Shown here piece by piece: positions 61,100-64,000 of a stretch of DNA of 64,000 nucleotides. This DNA is from Candidatus Bathyarchaeota archaeon. GTDB taxonomy: Archaea; Thermoproteota; Bathyarchaeia; TCS64. The position numbers were made by a program, and so were the translations under genes. Below the pieces are notes generated by a model. That model was not told the origin of the DNA. It did no database searches and saw only the letters and a program-made list of their open reading frames with translations. The DNA lies in NCBI GenBank assembly GCA_963771885.1, contig CAVYVF010000022.1, positions 96,001 through 160,000 of the forward strand. The letters are read 5' to 3'. Each line of letters begins with the position of its first letter. Position 1 is the first letter of the stretch.

Positions 61100-61898
61100 T
61101 CAACTGAATACCCGGGATAGGTCTGCTCTCAGCTCCGTGAGGATGACCCCAATCCCGGTGAGAGGCTTTACAGGTGAGAGCCGAGCCAAGCCCATCTTAA
61201 CATATCGTCCCAGAGACGCCTCTAATCCGTCAGGAAAGAACTGATCAAGGCCATCAAACGCCACTCCCTTCCCCACACACTTCTTATAAAAGAGCTCCCC
61301 TCGCCCTCTCGACGTCAACCCTACCGGTTCTAAGCAGCCTCCACACGTCGTAGTAGTCCCTCACCGCTCCCCTCTCGATTATCGCCCTCATCTTCTCAGC
61401 CAATATGTTGTTGATCGAGTACACGAGGATCTCGTACTCCGGGTAATCATACATCTTCGTCACGTTGACACGCTCAGTATCCCCAATGAATGCCTCCCTC
61501 GACACCTCGATCTTGATCGTCCCCCTCGTGATCGGCCCATCGTACCTCGCCCTCACGCGTAGGAAACCGGGGTTCACGTACGGCTTCTCACTGAAGGTCA
61601 ACGCCAGACCACCGCTGAGGGAGGCTACGGTTTCGGGGAGAGCGGAGAGCATCTTGGCAGCGTCTTCGAGCCCCATCCCATCGTTCAGAGTGTAGTCGAG
61701 GTCCTCTGAGAATCCTCCAGCCGGATGGGAAGTGTACCTTCGAGAGAGCGGTGCCGCCCTTGAATATCAGGCACGTCGCCCCGCGTGATCGATGATAGGC
61801 CGATCATCACCCATCCCAGGGCGTAGTCCTTCTCCGCGAGGTCGAGGGGGATCCTCCCTCTCACGCGCTATCCTGCGTAGCTCACGGGCAGCGATCAT
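61100..61898 (-). CDS. AbiEii/AbiGii nucleotidyltransferase toxin (type IV TA), frameshifted
   Basis: EKDYALGW, IFKGGTALSK, RFSEDLDY, LAEKMRA..RDYYD across frames. Confidence 0.88.
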
Positions 61899-62719
61899 CT
61901 AGCCCACCTACCCGGCTCGATGACCGCGTTCACAGGTCATCTCTCCAGCGTTCGTTGATCCTTCCTTCTCCAGGACGCTTTGTGTCGAGTCTAGCGTAGC
62001 CCTTCGACAGCTTCGGGTAACCGAGCATCTCGCTGTATGATTCGAGCTTCAGGGTCTCCAGCAGGTAGCCGAGTCTCTTCAGTATGGCTCCGTTCCTCAT
62101 CCGCTTCGCCATATCGACCACCTCATTGAAGATCGAGAACCTTCGATGCTCGAAGTAGATGGCGCTGGCCACCTCCTCGATGCCCCCACAGTGTTCGGGG
62201 TGGTCGAGGCAGTCCACAACCGTCTTCTCCGGCGTGGAGATGTTTACAGGAGTACCCTCTATTTTTACCTCGGTGACCCCGAACATCTTGCGCTCCGCGA
62301 CCTTGACGAAGACGAACTCGGTGTCGAGTATCTTCCTCCTGTTGCGGGGTTTCGTGGATGCCACATAGACGGCGGGTGGGGTCTGCTCGGTGAGGCCATG
62401 GTAGTTTAGCGCGCTCCAGTGGCTGACGTAGTATGGCTTGACGAGGTGTGAGGCTAAGACGAAGCCGTGGACTGTGTGGCTCTGGGCTCCCAGCTCCCCT
62501 GCCTCTAGGGGTGCTATCATGTAGACGCCATTTTTCAGGCGGAGTATCCAGTTCTTCCTGGTCAGGTTGTAGAGGAGGTTCTTTGGTGTTTTCCGAGTAG
62601 TCACGGATATCGTCGAGGGTGAATATCGTCTTGCCCCTGTAGCTGAGGTCTGAGAGCACCCTCGCCTCCCTGTCCGAGAGGCTCATCCTATATTTCTTTT
62701 TTATTTTTCCTCGATCCAT
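61899..62719 (-). CDS. AbiEi-family antitoxin (type IV TA), frameshifted
   Basis: N-terminal wHTH (LRLKNGVY), YYVSHWSALNYHGLTEQ, STPEKTVVDCLD, KRLGYLLE. Confidence 0.88.
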
Positions 62720-63215
62720 GAGACTTCTGATAAAATACTATAGGTAGATGGCTATATGCCTTAGCATATTAGAGGGGTTCACGTCAAGGGTTTCTCCTTG
62801 AGTATTTAGGTGCGCGCGAGCAAAACGGATCAGTAAACACTATTCGTTGAAAGGATCAAAAATCAAGGAGATTCGATCGTCGTTCTATATTTTTTCAGTA
62901 GACCGACCTTCCATTGTGACCCTTATTCGTTAGATCCCAAAAGTATAAAATGGAATTAATTACGCTATGAAAAATGCATTCTTTTTCGAAAAATGAAGTA
63001 AAATGGAAACATCAAATTCCTAAATTGAATCTGTAATTTTTTATATCATAAATTTGGTAAGTCAAGTAAAATAATCAAACTTTATTGCTTTTTCATTGTA
63101 AAGTTTACTATTTTTATTTTATCTCATCCCTATTACTGAAGCATTCCTAATCGCAAATTAACGCAGTCTTAACTCCATTAAACGCACTCTAGAAAAAGGA
63201 GTGTAGGATGAAAAA

Positions 63216-63707
63216 ATGGTTGAGTTAAATTTGAAGAAGATACGTTCGGTGGGCACCCCCGTGCTGATTGGCATGATCTTATTAACCACATTCTCAGTTC
63301 CACTAGCCTTAGCATACCGCTATATTAGTACGCCTTTCAGTGGAAGTGTATACTACGATACTGACGAATTTGACATGGGTTGTCAATGGTTCAGTTATAC
63401 GGTATCAATTAGTAGTGTCTCTCCTTCGGGTAACTCTGTATATGTAGTAGTGAAGGAATGGGTTGATCCGGAAAATCCACCTTCCTATATGATAACTCGA
63501 TGGTCTGGTTATCTGGGGGCAGGTCAAAATACTGGGCTGTTGTACCCGGAGAGAGGTAACTCCATTGTCTACGTCCACGTGTCAAATCCTTCCCATCAAC
63601 AGAACTTGTCATATTGGGGCGCTTGCGAGGGGATCAGTACCAGAGAGCTCCTGATAGAAACTAAAACCTTTTTTTATTATACTAGTTTTTGGTCAATTTT
63701 TTTTTAA
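63216..63707 (+). CDS. Secreted hypothetical protein related to 45531 ORF
   Basis: Signal peptide ending ALA; TRWSGYLGAGQ motif; C-terminus may be extended by a frameshift. Confidence 0.7.
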   Translation: MVELNLKKIRSVGTPVLIGMILLTTFSVPLALAYRYISTPFSGSVYYDTDEFDMGCQWFSYTVSISSVSPSGNSVYVVVKEWVDPENPPSYMITRWSGYLGAGQNTGLLYPERGNSIVYVHVSNPSHQQNLSYWGACEGISTRELLIETKTFFYYTSFWSIFF

Positions 63708-64000
63708 TTTTTTTAGATCATATTATTTACATCTTGACGAAGGATGATTATTAATGATCAGTATGTAGTAGATACAACCATTTTGAAGTATTGACCATAA
63801 TACATTCAATCCCCACATGCTACCTCTTTCCTTTATTTTTAATCATAATAGCTTAGGCTTCACCAAAATCTCCAATGATGTGAATATCCCGGAATACTGA
63901 TGTGCTAAATGTCAATCCATAGTTATAAAAACAAGTGAAATAAGGTATCTTTTGAGTATGGATGAATAATCTCCGGAAAGCAGCCATCGCTGTCTTCTTC

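Larger units (their letters stand above)
43540..64000. mobile_element. Composite genomic island (at least two nested or adjacent integrated elements; continues beyond window)
   Basis: Abrupt shift to AT-rich mosaic sequence, DUF932/ASCH operon, tRNA-3' remnant, Rhs cassettes, AbiE TA; no integrase seen in window. Confidence 0.7.

Noticed and set aside
63710..64000. Minus-strand gene end at the window edge
   Set aside because: All three frames are interrupted; cannot be assigned from this fragment.

Overview
Archaeal chromosomal DNA; gene content (CdvB/ESCRT-III, TFB, RadA, histone, Nep1, MtaB, membrane-anchored wHTH regulators) suggests Bathyarchaeia (inference). 1-43.5 kb is GC-rich core/metabolic genes with one tRNA-Arg(CCT), a short AT-rich pocket at 4.1-5.5 kb and an apparently catalytically dead NrdD paralogue beside an intact NrdG. 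43.5-64 kb is a mosaic accessory island: a direct-repeat-bounded cassette (membrane-anchored wHTH regulator, palindromic operator, five secreted proteins including a metzincin), a mobile-element operon (DUF932, ASCH), a tRNA-3'-end att remnant, an Rhs polymorphic-toxin locus with three toxin-tip/immunity pairs around a ~950 bp inverted repeat, and an AbiE type IV TA pair. Short (CG)n tracts recur at junctions in the island. Many single-base frameshifts, also in core genes, suggest long-read consensus errors, so pseudogene calls are tentative. All family assignments are from motif recognition, not database searches.
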